In this document: piece by piece, positions 31,244 through 32,000 of the stretch
Layout: every line of letters begins with the position of its first letter
Position numbering within the stretch: position 1 is the stretch's first letter
Assembly: GCA_964432405.1 (NCBI GenBank)
Contig: CAYSNH010000001.1
Location: 162,080 to 194,079 of the forward strand
Length of the DNA stretch: 32,000 nt
Reading direction: 5' to 3'
DNA from: an uncultured Candidatus Saccharibacteria bacterium
GTDB lineage: Bacteria; Patescibacteriota; Minisyncoccia; UBA6257; UBA11618
Notes under the pieces: generated by a model
What the model was told of the DNA's origin: nothing
Database searches by the model: none
What the model saw: only the letters and a program-made list of their open reading frames with translations
Made by a program: the position numbers and the translations under genes

Positions 31244-32000
31244 ATGAACAGGATTTATTTTATTGGTATAGGAGGAATAGGTATGAGCTCCCTGGCTCGA
31301 TACCATCTCTCACAGGGCTATAAAGTTAGTGGATCTGATCTTGCTAAATCAGAAATTACAGACTCCTTAAAAAAAGAAGGGGTGGATTTATTTATCGGAC
31401 ACAAATCTAAAAATATTAAAAATAATTTTGATAGAGTGGTTTATTCTTCAGCGATTAAAAAAAATAATCCGGAATTAAAAGAAGCAAAAAAATTTAAGAT
31501 CCCAACCCTTACCTACGCTGAGTCATTAGGGGAGTTGACCAAGCAGTATATTACATTAGCTGTCTCTGGTAGTCATGGTAAGTCCACCACCACTGCTTTA
31601 TTATCTCTGATGATGATTGAGGCAGGTTTAGACCCTACCGTTATCGTAGGTACGCGCTTGAAAGAGTTTGGTGGTAGTAACTTTCGTTTAGGTAAAAGTC
31701 GCTACCTTATTATAGAGGCTGATGAATGGAATAATTCCTTTCATCAATACAAGCCAACAATTGTTACGGTTACCAATATAGATAAGGAGCACTTAGACAC
31801 CTTTGAAAATCTTCAAGGCGTTATTAATGGTTTTAACAAATATTTAAATAACATAGCTCCTCAAGGAAAAGTATTTATCAATGCTAAAGATAAAAACTCT
31901 ATACAAGCCACTAAGGGTGTTGTTGCTGAGACTTTTCTTTATAATAAAAAAGCATTTTCTAAATGGCCTTTGAAAATACCAGGGGAGTTTAATCAATTAA
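31244..32000 (+). CDS. murC: UDP-N-acetylmuramate--L-alanine ligase, N-terminal part (continues beyond window)
   Basis: Hand translation MNRIYFIGIGGIGMSSLARYHLSQGYKVSGSDL...LAVSGSHGKSTTTALLSLMM...IIEADEW. This is the Mur ligase N-terminal Rossmann domain plus the GKT/S P-loop typical of MurC. Not in the ORF track because it is truncated by the window edge. Confidence 0.9.
   Translation, partial: MNRIYFIGIGGIGMSSLARYHLSQGYKVSGSDLAKSEITDSLKKEGVDLFIGHKSKNIKNNFDRVVYSSAIKKNNPELKEAKKFKIPTLTYAESLGELTKQYITLAVSGSHGKSTTTALLSLMMIEAGLDPTVIVGTRLKEFGGSNFRLGKSRYLIIEADEWNNSFHQYKPTIVTVTNIDKEHLDTFENLQGVINGFNKYLNNIAPQGKVFINAKDKNSIQATKGVVAETFLYNKKAFSKWPLKIPGEFNQL

Noticed and set aside
1-32000. Alternative genetic code (UGA recoded, as in some CPR lineages)
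   Set aside because: All conserved genes are uninterrupted under the standard code. TGA ends several ORFs at sensible positions, for example xer at 24707 and 28055 followed by a terminator.

Overview
This is an AT-rich, gene-dense bacterial window. The core resembles a streamlined genome, probably CPR/Patescibacteria-type; that assignment is inferred from gene content. Core genes are rsmA, pcrA/uvrD, a LysM-M23 peptidase, dprA, topA, an S1-rpsO-NYN-pnp operon, gyrA, an orphan solute-binding protein, three tandem TrbC/VirB2-like pilin paralogues, a xerC/D-like recombinase, ftsH, a DksA/TraR-type zinc finger and murC (partial). A partial three-gene envelope operon sits at the left edge. There are five tRNAs (Ile-GAU, Leu-UAG, Ile-UAU, Val-UAC, Thr-UGU), none with an encoded CCA. 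Core genes have essentially no Shine-Dalgarno (SD) sequence and few terminators. Five short blocks are interspersed among them: about 6497-7661, 16361-16600, 22685-24597, 27651-29522 and 30300-30740. Every ORF in these blocks has a strong SD. Three of the blocks also carry a near-consensus sigma70 promoter, and all five end in a GC-rich hairpin terminator. Their G+C looks higher in parts and their proteins are richer in R/H/C/W. Only two products resemble known families (SPFH/band-7 and M16 peptidase). These blocks are the best candidates for something undescribed: a 330-aa ORFan, a 62-aa ORFan, an operon of basic peptide + SPFH + membrane protein, a 97-aa ORFan with a lone M16 peptidase, and an acidic 109-aa ORFan. 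Between the last two blocks lies a free-standing LAGLIDADG-like gene at the centre of a split 48-bp palindrome, next to a cluster of TGGTAGAC(A/G) repeats and nested inverted repeats. No CRISPR array, rRNA, transposase or reverse transcriptase was seen. All work was done by eye; composition figures are hand counts on sample lines only.
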